Source: Eledone cirrhosa
Taxonomy: Eukaryota
Direction: 5' to 3'
NCBI GenBank assembly: GCA_964016885.1
Contig: OZ024742.1
Coordinates: 324,508,001-324,572,000 of the forward strand
Length of the DNA: 64,000 nt
Below are positions 43,276-57,756 of the stretch, piece by piece. A program made the translations under genes and the position numbers. The notes below the pieces were generated by a model. The model was not told the origin of the DNA and made no database searches. It saw only the letters and a program-made list of their open reading frames with translations. Within the stretch, counting starts at the first letter, position 1; every line of letters starts with the position of its first letter.

Positions 43276-43355
<80 letters not shown>

Positions 43356-43358
43356 GCG

Positions 43359-43389
<31 letters not shown>

Positions 43390-43569
43390 CAGATATTGTG
43401 AGAATTCTTTTTCTTTTTTTATTTCAATGTTATAATAAACTTCTCCGCAAGTGTGCTGAATAATTCTCTGCTACAAAACATGGCGTAATTATAGACGTTT
43501 AAAGTGAGAAATAATTTATATTCAATGGACATTCACACACATCTCTGGATGCTTACAGAGATACATTAA

Positions 43570-43749
43570 TTGTTTCTACTTTTGGCACAAGGCCAGCAAT
43601 TACTCAGTGCATTACTGGTACTTTATTTTATCGACCCCGTAAGGATGAAAGGCAAAGTTAACCTCGGCAGGATTTGAACTCAGATCAGAAAGGGGCGTAA
43701 CTCTGTGCTACAAAGCATATTGTCCGACCCTCTACCGATACTGCCAAAC
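43570..43749 (-). mobile_element. tRNA-derived SINE (family 2) with a 13-bp target-site duplication
   Basis: Core as above; GAGATACATTAAT at 43558-43570 and 43750-43762. Confidence 0.9.
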
Positions 43750-44926
43750 GAGATACATTAATGTTAATTGCTAGTAACAGTTTCAGATAGCGACAGTAGT
43801 GTGCTACACAGCAAGTTCTTTGTAAGTGGAAGGAGACATGAAGCAGTTTCAATAGACAATTAAATCTTCATGTTACTCGTACCTCAGAGAATGTAATAAT
43901 TGAATCAATATTTAAATTACTTTTCCTTAACACCTTTGATATCAATAAACCTCAGAACCCTTTGGTTCGTTATTGAAAATTTAATTGTATTATAGTGCTC
44001 ATGTCTAAGATTAAACTTACTTTACACATTTTGTCAAATATCTTATTTTGAGGATATGTTGTAAACACCAACTTATAGCAAAAAACCTATTTTACTAAAT
44101 CCTGCAAAATTCATCATTATTTAAAGAATTAATTGAAAATCATAGGCAGTATCCTTTATTAGAAAAGTGGCAACAAGAGTGTGAAAATACATAGATACCA
44201 CTTATGATTATGAAGTTTTATTCGTCTGACAAGTAACTGGATCCGAGAGAGTGTGTTGAAACGAAAACAATTACATTGTGGAACAGTCATTTTAGCCATG
44301 GCTAAAATATCTCTATCACTATGTAATTTTTAAACGTTTGTTTAAAACGTAACTTTAAAATTTGAACGATCGGAGAGTAAAAACTGGTACTTATTTTAAA
44401 TTCGAGCAATCTTATTTTATTTCTATTCCTAATATTATATGATATGAGCTGTAAACAACTACTTGTGGAACATAGTCCACTCACAGGCATCAATATGTAA
44501 CGTAGCATACAGAAATTCCTTATTTTCGTTTTCAATCTTTGCTTAGCGAAAAATTATATAGTATCTCTCAGCATGCTGTTCTCTCGATATTATCGTAACT
44601 GTTCCATTGTGTTATGTTTCCTGTTCTAATTTGTTCATATGTATTATTTTGTATAGAATTCCTGAGACTGCTCTGACTTATCAAAAGAAATATTCTTATT
44701 ATCGAAATTAAACGATGTTTACATTTTAAAGAAATGCTCGCTGTTTAGGTTCTTCAATATATCACAACTGAAACACATATTCCATGCAAAGCTACATGTT
44801 AATATATATATATATATACAATATATTAATAAATGGAAACTATATTTATAAAACCATAATTATTTTATTATATATATTTCAAGGGCAACCAAGGCAGTTT
44901 TATCTGATGATAAAATACAAATTTTA

Positions 44927-44986
<60 letters not shown>

Positions 44987-45084
44987 TGTATATATATATC
45001 GACAGTCGATCGACTTTCGTCAAATCGGACCGAGGAAACAATGTTTCCATTGGTCTTTCCAATTGCTAATACTATATATCGGTC

Positions 45085-46016
<932 letters not shown>

Positions 46017-46019
<3 letters not shown>

Positions 46020-46424
46020 CGAAGGAAATGTGGTAAGGAACCAGGTGGACCATAACGCACCAAAGTACTCAATACTTGAGGTAGTAGAGTGGGTAATAGG
46101 AACCAGTAAGACCCCGACAGCTGAGCTCAAGCCGTTTCGACGGCTAATAGCCGTCGAATTAGCCGTCGAAACGGCTTGAGCTCAGCTGTCGGGGTCTTAC
46201 TGGTTCCTATATATATATATATATATATAAGAAAAAGTATGACCCCGACGGCAGAGCTCAAGCTGTTTCGACGGCTATTTCTGGACTAAATCGTCGAAAC
46301 GGCTTGAGCTCTGCCGTCGGGGTCATACTTTTTCTTTTTTCTTATTTCCCACTCTACTACCCTAAGTATTGAGTACTCTGGTGCGTTATGGTCCATCTGG
46401 TTCCTTACCACAATTCCTTTGTTA
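46017..46424. repeat. Two family B fold-back inserts (46017-46209 and 46229-46424) in (TA)n
   Basis: Each has inverted GAGCTCAAGC(C/T)GTTTCGACGG arms; opposite orientations. Confidence 0.85.
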
Positions 46425-47845
46425 TATATATATATATATATATATCTTTCTCTGAGTCACACACACACAACACATTCACATACACCCTTTTCTCTGCTCT
46501 CTCTGACACATAGGCATACGCATGTTGTGGTATATTGGGCAAATTAATAGAACATCAGATAGAATCTCCGCAGTGTTTGAGTATTGGTCTCTCTGTGCTT
46601 TGAGTTCTAATTGCCCCGAAAGACCACTGTTGCATATTCTTTCGGGATCAATAAATAAGATCGGCTTGCGGAATTGATAGCGCATCAACAACTTTATAGT
46701 TCACTTGAATTATTTTCCTTTCATCATATATTTTATAATGTAAGAAAGTTGTCTTAGTATTCAATAGGAAAACGACTCATAACAGAGGTCCAGTGCCCAT
46801 ATATGAAATAATTATTTTTCTTGGAACAATATCCAATTTTCCCTCAATCATATGCTGTTGATTTAAAATGTAAGGAATGTACATATTGAAAGGACATAGC
46901 TTTCCCTAGACTGTTACTTCAAAAACGAAGAACGTGATGGTCACGTTTGGAATGCCTTTGGATGATAGGTAAGCTTCATCACAGAGCACATAATTGTCAG
47001 AGCCAATAAAAATGGAGATATAATGCTTTGCCTTATTCTTCCTAGTATTGTGGTGAAATTATATTATATCATTTCACTTCCACCTTCTCAACCGTCTCTT
47101 CCCAGGTAGGAATCTACAACTGGAAATTGATACATTTCGCCATAGTTTAAAATGACCACGACTAATCCCTATATGAGAACGGTGTCCATACGACTTCATA
47201 AAGAGATAATAAACCATGGGTGAATGAATGGATGCTTGGTCAAAGGTCCCCTGGCAGTAAATATTAAAAATATCAATAACAACCAATTTATATTCCAAAT
47301 TAAGAGCTTGAAAAAAAATTAGAGTCTGTGATTTTCTTGTCTTTATCGAGGACAATATTTGCATAACAAACACAATCAACATTAAGCCCCCGATTCCACT
47401 CCATTCGAAGACAATATCATCATTAGAAGATATCTACTCCTCCCGCTATCGATCTGAATGTGGATATTGTAAATGATTCAGAGATGAATTATATCTAGTT
47501 GATCTGACATTTCTGACGTCTGCCAAACTATGAAATATAAATGGCTTACATATTGGAGATAATTATCCTCATGATACTTGTGAAAACAATAAAAATAATA
47601 ATAAATTAAAGAGCTAAAACATTACAGAGCCAAAGGAATAGGCAACATAAGCAATCAATTAAAGAAAAACAATTTCAAAACCACAAAGAATAAGAATGCA
47701 GTGCAGTGATGCAGCACCAGCTGCGCTATTTGCGAAAACCCCTCATAATCGTTTGAATTCCCAGTTGTGGAACTTAATTTCATGGAATAACTTTAGAAAG
47801 TTTCATGTTTCACTCTTTTATAGGCATAGAATTATAAACGCACAA

Positions 47846-47954
<109 letters not shown>

Positions 47955-48189
47955 TGCTACTGTACGTCTGTATACATATATGTATGTACGTATACATACA
48001 TACTTACATTTAAGTAAGTGCCATACTAAGAGTGAGAAATAAAATTTCGTTTTCATTTTTTTTCAACTTATCGTTTTCGGTATGCCTGACCGATTTAACT
48101 CACTCAATATGCAAATTAGGCTGCTCAGCCGTTAATTTTCATAAGGAAAGTATATACTTTCGAACGTTCAACTATCTGGCAGATTGGTA

Positions 48190-48234
48190 AACGGTGCTGA
48201 TGATAGCTAACAAGCTTGAAACTAGTACATCGTT
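48190..48234 (+). ncRNA. Type I hammerhead, 451-bp unit copy 1
   Basis: AACGGTG-CTGATGA-tAGCT(aaca)AGCTt-GAAA-CTAG-TA-CATCGTT; GUA site. Confidence 0.88.
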
Positions 48235-48640
48235 CCTGTGTCAGTGTTGAACAAAAAGGTGACGTGGTTGCCTTAACACCGTATGGCATAAATTCAGGCT
48301 GTTCAGTTTGTTGACAAACGAACAAAGCGGCGTTATAATAAGCGTCCGCTAAACTGATGCGTGCATATATGTATGTGTACCTGTATATATATATATATAT
48401 ATGCATGCTACTGTACGTCTGTATACATATATGTATGTACGTATACATACATACTTACATTTAAGTAAGTGCCATACTAAGAGTGAGAAATGAAATTTCG
48501 TTTTCATTTTTTTCCAACTTATCGTTTTCGGTATGCCTGACCGATTTAACTCACACAATATGCAAATTAGGCTGCTCAGCCGTTAATTTTCATAAGGAAA
48601 TTATATACTTTCGAACGTTCAACTATCTGGCAGATGGGTA

Positions 48641-48685
48641 AACGGTGCTGATGATAGCTAACAAGCTTGAAACTAGTACATCGTT
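48641..48685 (+). ncRNA. Type I hammerhead, 451-bp unit copy 2
   Basis: Identical to 48190-48234. Confidence 0.88.
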
Positions 48686-49663
48686 CCTGTGTCAGTGTTG
48701 AACAAAAAGGTGACGTGGTTGCCTTAACACCGTATGGCATAAATTCAGCTGTTCAGTTTGTTGACAAACGAACAAAGCGGCGTTATAATAAGCGTCCGCT
48801 AAACTGATGCGTGCATATATGTATGTGTACCTGTATGTATATATATATATATATATGTGTGGCTAAGGGGAGTTAATACACTTTATGCTTTAAACATTTT
48901 CTTGGAGGATGCGCATCACCATAGAAATTAGGGTCTATATTGTGACACATTATAATAGCTAGGTATAGAAACCCCGGAGTTACCTCCCCGCATGCATTAA
49001 CTCCCCTTAGCCACACACACACTTCCGGGTGGTATTCAATGGCGTTTCTCGAAACGTAACAGCCTCCTGTATTGAACTAAAGAACACCAGACTACGATCT
49101 CTAACTGGATTGTCAAACGCTCAATATCGGATTGTCGTGGATTATGTGAGGGGCATATAATCGAAAAATACACTCCCCTGACCATGAAAATGTCGAAGTA
49201 CATGAAATACTTGACATCCCTTCGCTGTGCATCTCCAATACTTTTAACACTTTTAATGCTTGCACTATTTTTAATGCTTATAACATTTCTCCACACACAG
49301 ACTATATCAATCATATAAAGAATTTGCCACCAGATCTACCAACCTAATACTCTTGTTTACCTACCTAAGTGCCTCTACCACACATATCTCTCTGCCACAC
49401 TATATAAACAAGACGCACATGCGTGACACACATATAACATTTGCACTATATAACCGCTTATCTTCATGTTGTATTTTAACCTGTATTTTTGATTTTTGAT
49501 TGTACCTCTTAATATAAATGTAATCTCGAAGTGTGTACTGCCACTCTAAATTCTGTAATGAATGTTGACCCACAATGTTTGAATATGTATCAATGTTTGA
49601 ATATGTATCGGTATGTCTCTCGGCTGAAAAGGAGGTCATATAACTGTCCATGCATTAATAAAT

Positions 49664-49710
49664 TGCTCCGAAGAATCCAAACCTCGGTTTGGAGGAAACA
49701 GCTGTAAGCA
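49664..49710 (+). ncRNA. Hammerhead variant (core CCGAAGA), family C
   Basis: TGCT-CCGAAGA-aTCCAAAC(ctcg)GTTTGGAg-GAAA-CAGCTG-TA-AGCA; lies in an insert (~48856-49915) that has a 22-bp inverted repeat at 48856/48997. Confidence 0.7.
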
Positions 49711-49911
49711 CAATAATGTTTTGAACAGTTCTTTGATTCTTATATTTCATATAACTGCTCTGTAAATCATCTGATGTTTTTACATTGAGCTACTTAACTT
49801 ACTGGTAATAAGGTAGTAATACATTACTGCCTACCACTATTTAGGGTGTGTGTAAAATACTTATAACTGCATAAGGTTTTGTATTTACATAACCATAAAT
49901 AGTATAACTAA

Positions 49912-50007
<96 letters not shown>

Positions 50008-50876
50008 ATATACAACGGACATCTGCGCAGTGTCGGTTTATCATATTTTACTCGAAAGACATTGGACAACTGAAGGTTACAGATGAAAACATGTTCTCAG
50101 TATGCGACACAACGAGAACGCCTCCTATAAAACCTAATACTTAATAAGCGCATTACTAACCGAGACTTCTTGCCCACGCACATGACAATGATGAATCTTA
50201 CTTTGTTAAGAATAATCTTACTGAGTAAATAATATCAGTAAGACATATTACCTCCTCTTCATTTATACAACTAATTAAATTGATGAGTCGCCAAACGTAC
50301 AATGTTTATTGCATTAAAGCATAATCTGCATACATCTTAATCATAATTATTTTTGCAGTCATTTGGCTTAAAATAATTAATACTGGGTTTTAAAGTCAGC
50401 ATCGCATGTATTTCACATTGTATGTTTCTATAAATATATATGTAAATTGTTTGATGTGCAAGAATAGCTCATTTTTGTGAATCGCTGTGTTTTTTTTTTA
50501 TATATATATAATGTTCATATTTATAACTGTACGGTCTAGCAACTAAATGAAACTTTTCAGACGTATTGACTCCGAAATTTTATTGAATTATATATTTCTC
50601 TGAATAGATCTAATAAGCATTCGACATGACACATAGACATAAAGTATTTCTAATCATAGCTGTTAAAGTATATGTGATATGTGAATGAGTGCGTGGTTGA
50701 TGAGTGTAACTTTGTATTTGTGTGTTTATATGAGTGTGTCTGTGTGCAGGTTTGAGTGTAATGTAAGGAACATAAATTATCACTCCTCAAGGTTCCACAA
50801 TTGTGTCTCTCCGTCTGTCTGTCTCTTTCTCTCTCTCTCTCTCTCTGTATCTCCTCCCCCCTCTCTCCATATTATA

Positions 50877-50916
<40 letters not shown>

Positions 50917-50918
50917 TG

Positions 50919-50969
50919 AGATTCTACAGGACTAGAACTGTTTCATTCTTTAGAAATCATCAGGAATCT
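50919..50969 (-). ncRNA. Type I hammerhead in a ~125-bp insert within (TA)n
   Basis: AGATTC-CTGATGA-tTTC(taaa)GAAt-GAAA-CAG(ttctagtc)CTG-TA-GAATCT. Confidence 0.8.
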
Positions 50970-51035
50970 TTTATACTCTGCAATGTATTGAGTACCTTAC
51001 TTACTGTGGTTACCTCCGATTCAACCCGGAATAAC

Positions 51036-51077
<42 letters not shown>

Positions 51078-51098
51078 TATATATATAAATATATATGC

Positions 51099-51164
<66 letters not shown>

Positions 51165-51199
51165 TTATATATATATATACATATGGGTATATATATATG

Positions 51200-51250
<51 letters not shown>

Positions 51251-51257
51251 CTCTCTC

Positions 51258-51312
<55 letters not shown>

Positions 51313-51385
51313 GCGTATATATATTTATATATATATACGCACATATATATATATATATATATATATAACTTTATATATATATATG

Positions 51386-51416
<31 letters not shown>

Positions 51417-51427
51417 GTATATATGTA

Positions 51428-51477
<50 letters not shown>

Positions 51478-51570
51478 AACATGCATATATATTTATATAT
51501 ATATGCATATATACACATGGATATATATATAAATATATATGCATGTGTATATATATATAAAAAAAAATAT

Positions 51571-51604
<34 letters not shown>

Positions 51605-51667
51605 ATAAATGTGTGTGTGTATATAAATACAAACACATATACATATAAATATATATGTATATAAATG

Positions 51668-51699
<32 letters not shown>

Positions 51700-52106
51700 A
51701 ATGTATATATATATAAATACACATATATATATACATATAAATACACACACACGTATATATATATATAAAGCATGCATTTACGTATTCAGCCCTGAAGCTC
51801 TGCTGGCACAGTCACGTCATGAGGTACATTTAGAAATACCCCTCCCCCTACCAAGAGAAAAACTGAAGAGAGTCTTCTTGCAAAGAATCTCACACGTGCA
51901 ATTCTGACGTCATATAGCTACAATATATTGGATTCTAAATTTGCTTCAAGTGTATTATATTTTGGGGGAAAAGATATTGTTAATTATATCGATATCAGTA
52001 ATTGATTAGTATTTTATCTTATTCACACACACACACACATATATATACACACACATGCAAATATATATATATATATATACATATATATACATATACATAC
52101 ATGTAC

Positions 52107-52143
<37 letters not shown>

Positions 52144-52165
52144 CGTGCGCGCACACACCCACACA

Positions 52166-52486
<321 letters not shown>

Positions 52487-53054
52487 TATATATATATATA
52501 TATACAAATATATGGGAGAATGAACTGTGTAGCATTAGTGGGTGTATAAATCAAATGGCAATACACACAAACATACACATATGTATTTGATATGTAAGGT
52601 GTAATGCAAAGCACGTGATAGAGTTGGATATGTGCTTTGCATTACACCTTACATAACAAATACCTACACTATCACCACATGCCTCTCTAACAAATTGCAC
52701 ACTATCTTAAACATTTATAACAATTATAACATGCTTTAACACCCCACACAAAATATGTTTATTTCAACTGCATTATACCTCTTTCCTCAAACATACCTTA
52801 TTGACTGTATTGACTCCTGCATTGTACACCAATTTTCCTTGCTTATAACTTTTTTGCCTGTATTATTTTTTGCTTTTGCTTTTTGCTTATAACTCTTACA
52901 CTTTCAACCAGTGCTACCTGTAATTGTGTTCTTTCAAGCAGAACATCCTTTTAACTCCTGACTCTCCACATGTTACCTATGACACTAATAACAATTATGT
53001 ACCCTAAATGTTCTAAATGACTAGGATTTTAGTAGCATGTTTCGACATTCCCTA

Positions 53055-53101
53055 TGCTCCGATGTATCCAGACTTCCCACTGGAAGAAACAATTGTCAGC
53101 A
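53055..53101 (+). ncRNA. Degenerate hammerhead (core CCGATGT), family C
   Basis: TGCT-CCGATGT-aTCCAG...CTGGAa-GAAA-CAATTG-TC-AGCA; downstream sequence resembles the 49.7-kb copy; inverted repeat at ~52582-52661 upstream. Confidence 0.6.
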
Positions 53102-53279
53102 AATTAATGTTCTAAACTAAAATTTGATCGTTTTAACACTTTGTATCTCGGCTCTGTAAAACACTTGAAAATTTGCATTGAGCCTTTTGTCATAACAGTA
53201 ACCGGCTAGTACTTAGTACTACCCTCCATATTTATAGTTGTATCAAACATATATAAATATAAATATTCTTATTACTAAT

Positions 53280-53733
<454 letters not shown>

Positions 53734-53805
53734 CTAATATATGTCCCAAGGCTCTGATACCATCAACAATATACACACAGAGCTGGCATATCTAAGAACT
53801 GACTA

Positions 53806-53861
53806 ACTGCGTGATGAGGTCATAGCCATTCAATGGCTATCATCGAAATATATATACCAGT
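53806..53861 (+). ncRNA. Degenerate hammerhead in a ~170-bp insert within (TA)n
   Basis: ACTGc-gTGATGA-GGTcATAGCCA(ttcaa)TGGCTATcATC-GAAA-TATATA-TA-CCAGT; swapping CG to GC would restore stem I and the core. Confidence 0.55.
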
Positions 53862-53902
53862 AAATAAAGGATTATGAGTTCATGCAATTGACTTATGTTT
53901 CG

Positions 53903-53978
<76 letters not shown>

Positions 53979-54158
53979 ATACAATAACAGAGATAGTTCA
54001 AAGCTAAACTCCGACTGGTAACCATCTCACTCAACAAACATTAGGTTATATTTAGATATAAACCCAATTTAAGTGTTTGGGGTGCTAACAATATGTATAA
54101 TGTGGAAAAACCAGTTGTATTATTTTATGAGATATAATTAAAGTTAAAGTATATCTCT

Positions 54159-54283
54159 TTCCAAACAATTGTTTCATTATAAGTTTTCCACAAGTTGGGA
54201 GAATGTTTCCAGTTTATGTAGAAGCCTAATATACATTCATGTAAGAATATATTTAGGTGGGCACTTATAAATCATCAGTGGAA
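54159..54283 (-). ncRNA. Type I hammerhead with long stem II
   Basis: TTCCA-CTGATGA-tTTATAAGT...ACTTATAAt-GAAA-CAATTG-TT-TGGAA. Confidence 0.78.
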
Positions 54284-54706
54284 GCCCATTAAATTTTGAA
54301 ATAAGAAAATAATTTCTTACCGCTGTCAAAAATCGTGTCCGTAAAGCTGTTCTCTCTCGCCTCGAATGACCGGCAAATTTGAAATTCCAGCAGTTTTTGA
54401 CTGAGGAAGTATCATAGCGACACGAAGCGGGAAGGGGAGACAACCCACGACCCACGAAATGAGGAAAAAAAATAATATACACGCGGGTTAATTAGTTTTT
54501 TTGAAAACATTATCAATCCAACGTGTTTAAGAAGTCAATTGAAAATTAAAACAATAAATATATGCTTGTATAAATTACACACGCATATAGATATTTTCTT
54601 AGGCTAAATCAGAAGTTGTACCCGAATAAGAACCGCTTCTCATAACCGCAGTAAATGCAGAGAGTTATGCTATAAAGGCCAAATGGGAATATAATTCTCC
54701 GGCCGA

Positions 54707-54825
54707 ATTTACGGCCATATCACGCTGAAAACACCGGTTCTCGTCCGATCACCGAAGTTAAGCAACATCCTGCCTAGTTAGTACTTGGATGAGTGACTGC
54801 TTGGGAACCCTAGGTGCCGTAAGCG
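54707..54825 (+). rRNA. 5S rRNA: 5S rRNA copy, probably a pseudogene
   Basis: TTACGGCCATATCACGCTGAAAACACCGGTTCTCGTCCGATCACCGAAGTTAAGCAAC...TTAGTACTTGGATG...TGGGAACCCTAGGTGCCGTAAGC; ~119 nt; several substitutions and no oligo-T terminator. Confidence 0.88.
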
Positions 54826-54835
54826 TTGTTTACGG

Positions 54836-54916
<81 letters not shown>

Positions 54917-54977
54917 TATATATATATATGAAAGACGTAAAATAAGAAAATTATAATAATTAACTTACTTAAGTTTC

Positions 54978-55055
54978 ACTCCAACTAATTAGTTTCTGAA
55001 AGGGGATATACATAGTGTGCAAAACCATGGAGAATTCCTTTCTTCCTCAGGGAGT
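54978..55055 (-). ncRNA. Type I hammerhead, family A (divergent)
   Basis: ACTCC-CTGAGGA-aGAAAGG...CCTTTCa-GAAA-CTAATTAG-TT-GGAGT. Confidence 0.85.
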
Positions 55056-55498
55056 CAATTCTCTGCTAAGATCCCTGGCGATAGGCGGACACAGGGATCT
55101 CAAACAAAAATAATTCAGTGAATGGAAAAGAAGCAAGCACGGACTAAATTTCAAGACACTGAAAATTTCACTAACTTCCCGGTCAGTGGCAAATTCAAAA
55201 TAATCAATCACGTGACATCGAGGTTAATCAGTGAGGAGTGGGGTGTTAAAAAGGCAGTAGCCAAAATATTACTATGAATCATAGCAGTAATTCAGGCAAA
55301 TTTTGCTCAACAAATAATTTGGAGATAATTATAAAGAAGTAGTATATCTACCAACATATTTATACAGAAGTATACTTATGCTTGCAAGATATAGGTTCTG
55401 TCTTAGTAACTTTGAGGTTCAATACAAAAATGTAGAACAATTATATGAAAGACGTAAAATAAGAAAATTATAATAATTAATTTACTTACTTAAGTTTC

Positions 55499-55576
55499 AC
55501 TCCAACTAATTAGTTTCTGAAAGGAGATATACATAGTGTTCAAAACCATGGAGAATTACTTTCTTCATCTGGGAGT
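55499..55576 (-). ncRNA. Family A hammerhead with mutated core (CAGATGA)
   Basis: 521 nt from 54978; U4 to A change, probably inactive. Confidence 0.65.
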
Positions 55577-56276
55577 CAATTCTCTGTTAAGATCCCTGGC
55601 GATAGGCGGACACAGGGATCTCAAACAAAAATAATTCAGTGAATGGAAAAGAAGCAAGCACGGACTAAATTTCAAGACACTGAAAATTTCACTACCATCC
55701 CGGTCAGTGGCAAATTCAAAATAATCAATCACGTGACATCGAGGTTAATCAGTGAGGAGTGGGGTGTTAAAAAGACAGTAGCCAAAATATTACTATGAAT
55801 CATAGCAGTAATTCAGGCAAATTTTTGCTCAACAAATAATTTGGAGATAATTATAAAGAAGTAGTATATCTACCAACATATTTATACAGAAGTATACTTA
55901 TGCTAGCAAGATATAGGTTTTGTCTTAGTAATTTTGAGGTTCGATACAAAACTGTAGAACAATTATACGAAAAATTATATCTTGCTAGCATAAGTATACG
56001 TCTTTCATATAATTGGTCTACATTTTTGTATTGAACCACAAAGTTACTAAGACAAAACCTATATCTTGCTAGCATAAGTATACTTCTGTATAAATATGTT
56101 GGTAGATGTACTAATTCTTTATATATATACATATACACATACACACACACATATATATATATAGTAAAATAACGGAGCAAAGGACTCGCGTATAATCCTG
56201 CAATTAAATGAGCTCAAAGGAAAGAGTTTTCCTGGGCACTTTAAAATACAATATATAGAGGGGAAAAACACAGGAG

Positions 56277-56714
56277 AGTGTGTTTTCCTTTACAGGATTT
56301 CAAACCACCAGCGTGTAGAGAATATAAGCTAAGAGAGGTGTAGGAAAAACATTATAATTAAAAGTATAAATTAAAATGAGAAACCAATCTCATAACTAAG
56401 TCACACATGTACAAACTCACTCGGAGATTGTTTCGCCATTTAGTGGGTTCCAATTCGGCTTAGTGTGTCATCAGCATGTTCTCACTTTAGTAGTGCGGAC
56501 AATATCGGTTTTTGCACATGCTGATGACTAAGCCGAATTGGAACCCACTAAATGGCGAAACAATCTCCGAGTGAGTTTGTACATGTGTGACTTAGTTATG
56601 AGATTGGTTTCTCATTTTAATTTATACTTTTAATTATAATGTTTTTCCTACACCTCTCTTAGCTTATATTCTCTACACGCTGGTGGTTTGAAATCCTGTA
56701 AAGAAAAACACACT
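56277..56714. repeat. ~200-bp inverted repeat with hammerhead-like motifs (56515-56587 on +, 56405-56479 on -)
   Basis: Arms 56277-56479 and 56516-56714; CACATG-CTGATGA-ctaaGCC...GGC-GAAA-CAAtCTC..GAGtTTG-TA-CATGTG. Confidence 0.75.
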
Positions 56715-56727
56715 ACCCCCCCCCTCC

Positions 56728-56807
<80 letters not shown>

Positions 56808-57374
56808 TCCAAAGACATGGCCATAATGTGAAAATCAGGATCTTTACGTTAATTTTAGGCTCTGTAGAAGGAGTATGTGAAAATACCTGAAAATACCTTA
56901 ATCCAATGAAGGAAAATATAGACCAGATCTTAATACACATCAACGTGATTACCACATATCGATACATCCACCTTCCTCTACCGACAATTTACGTTGATTG
57001 GGAAAGGCACCGGCAAGACGACGATGCTTTAGTTTAGACAATATAATTGTATCTATTTGTATAACCTAAGTATACTTAAACACATTCAGTACTGTATGCA
57101 TACACCTACGTCACCTGGTGAATCTCGTCTTTGACTGATTCCGTTTTGTACAATCTCATCAGCTGTTTCCTTTCTCTCTCCCTCTCCCCATTTCTTTTCC
57201 CTTGTTTTCTCTTTGGCCTGGTTATTTCTCTGTTTTAAATACAAATACATATAGATACACTCACTCACATACATATATATGTATGCATATATATATATAT
57301 ATATATATATAAGTATATATATAGAATAAGGAAAAGCGAAGTAGTTTCAGATGTTCAAGTCTTTCAATAATAAT

Positions 57375-57448
57375 GCTGTGATATATATTTCAATGGCGAC
57401 AGTGGCCACACTGTTCTGTGCGCCAGTGTTGCGACATCGTCAGACAGC
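57375..57448 (-). ncRNA. Type I hammerhead with degenerate stem II
   Basis: GCTGT-CTGACGA-...TGGC GCAC..GTGT GCCA...-GAAA-TATATA-TC-ACAGC; insert ~57320-57558 between TA tracts. Confidence 0.68.
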
Positions 57449-57684
57449 TTTTTACATAATAAGGTTATGTTTCCGAGGCAATCCAAATTGAATCGACATG
57501 GGAACGGACGAAGTGTGTGCTCTCGGGTTCTTCGTCCATTCCCCTGTGAGTACCAATTATATATATATCAATATATATATATATATATATATATATCGCC
57601 GTATTTGGACTAAAGAAATTAAAGAAATTATTTAGCCTGATAGTGGGGTTAAGAACCCTCGGAGAAATGGAAAAAGATGAATAT

Positions 57685-57756
57685 TGACGTACATGGGAGT
57701 CGAACCCACATCTTTGGTTATCCGGACCACTCTGCTACCATTTACACCAACACATC
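57685..57756 (-). pseudogene. tRNA-like sequence (pseudogene or SINE head)
   Basis: GATGTGT-TGGTGTAAATGGTAGCA...GTGGGTTCGACTCCCAT-GTACGTCA: 72 nt, wobble-rich acceptor stem, A and B boxes; anticodon arm irregular. Confidence 0.6.

Larger units (their letters stand above)
54930..56122 (-). mobile_element. Family A divergent array: two ~521-bp tandem units plus rearranged inverted segment
   Basis: Unit repeats at ~54930 and ~55447; 55975-56122 inverted; (TA)n on both sides. Confidence 0.88.

Noticed and set aside
44860-44920. Possible hammerhead if the CTGATG loop between TTTTAT/ATAAAA were micro-inverted
   Set aside because: Requires an assumed rearrangement, and stem II is weak in AT-rich sequence.
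47074-47382. Non-repetitive ORFs (also 60465-60842 and 62320-62646) as host exons
   Set aside because: No recognisable protein motifs or consistent splice structure.
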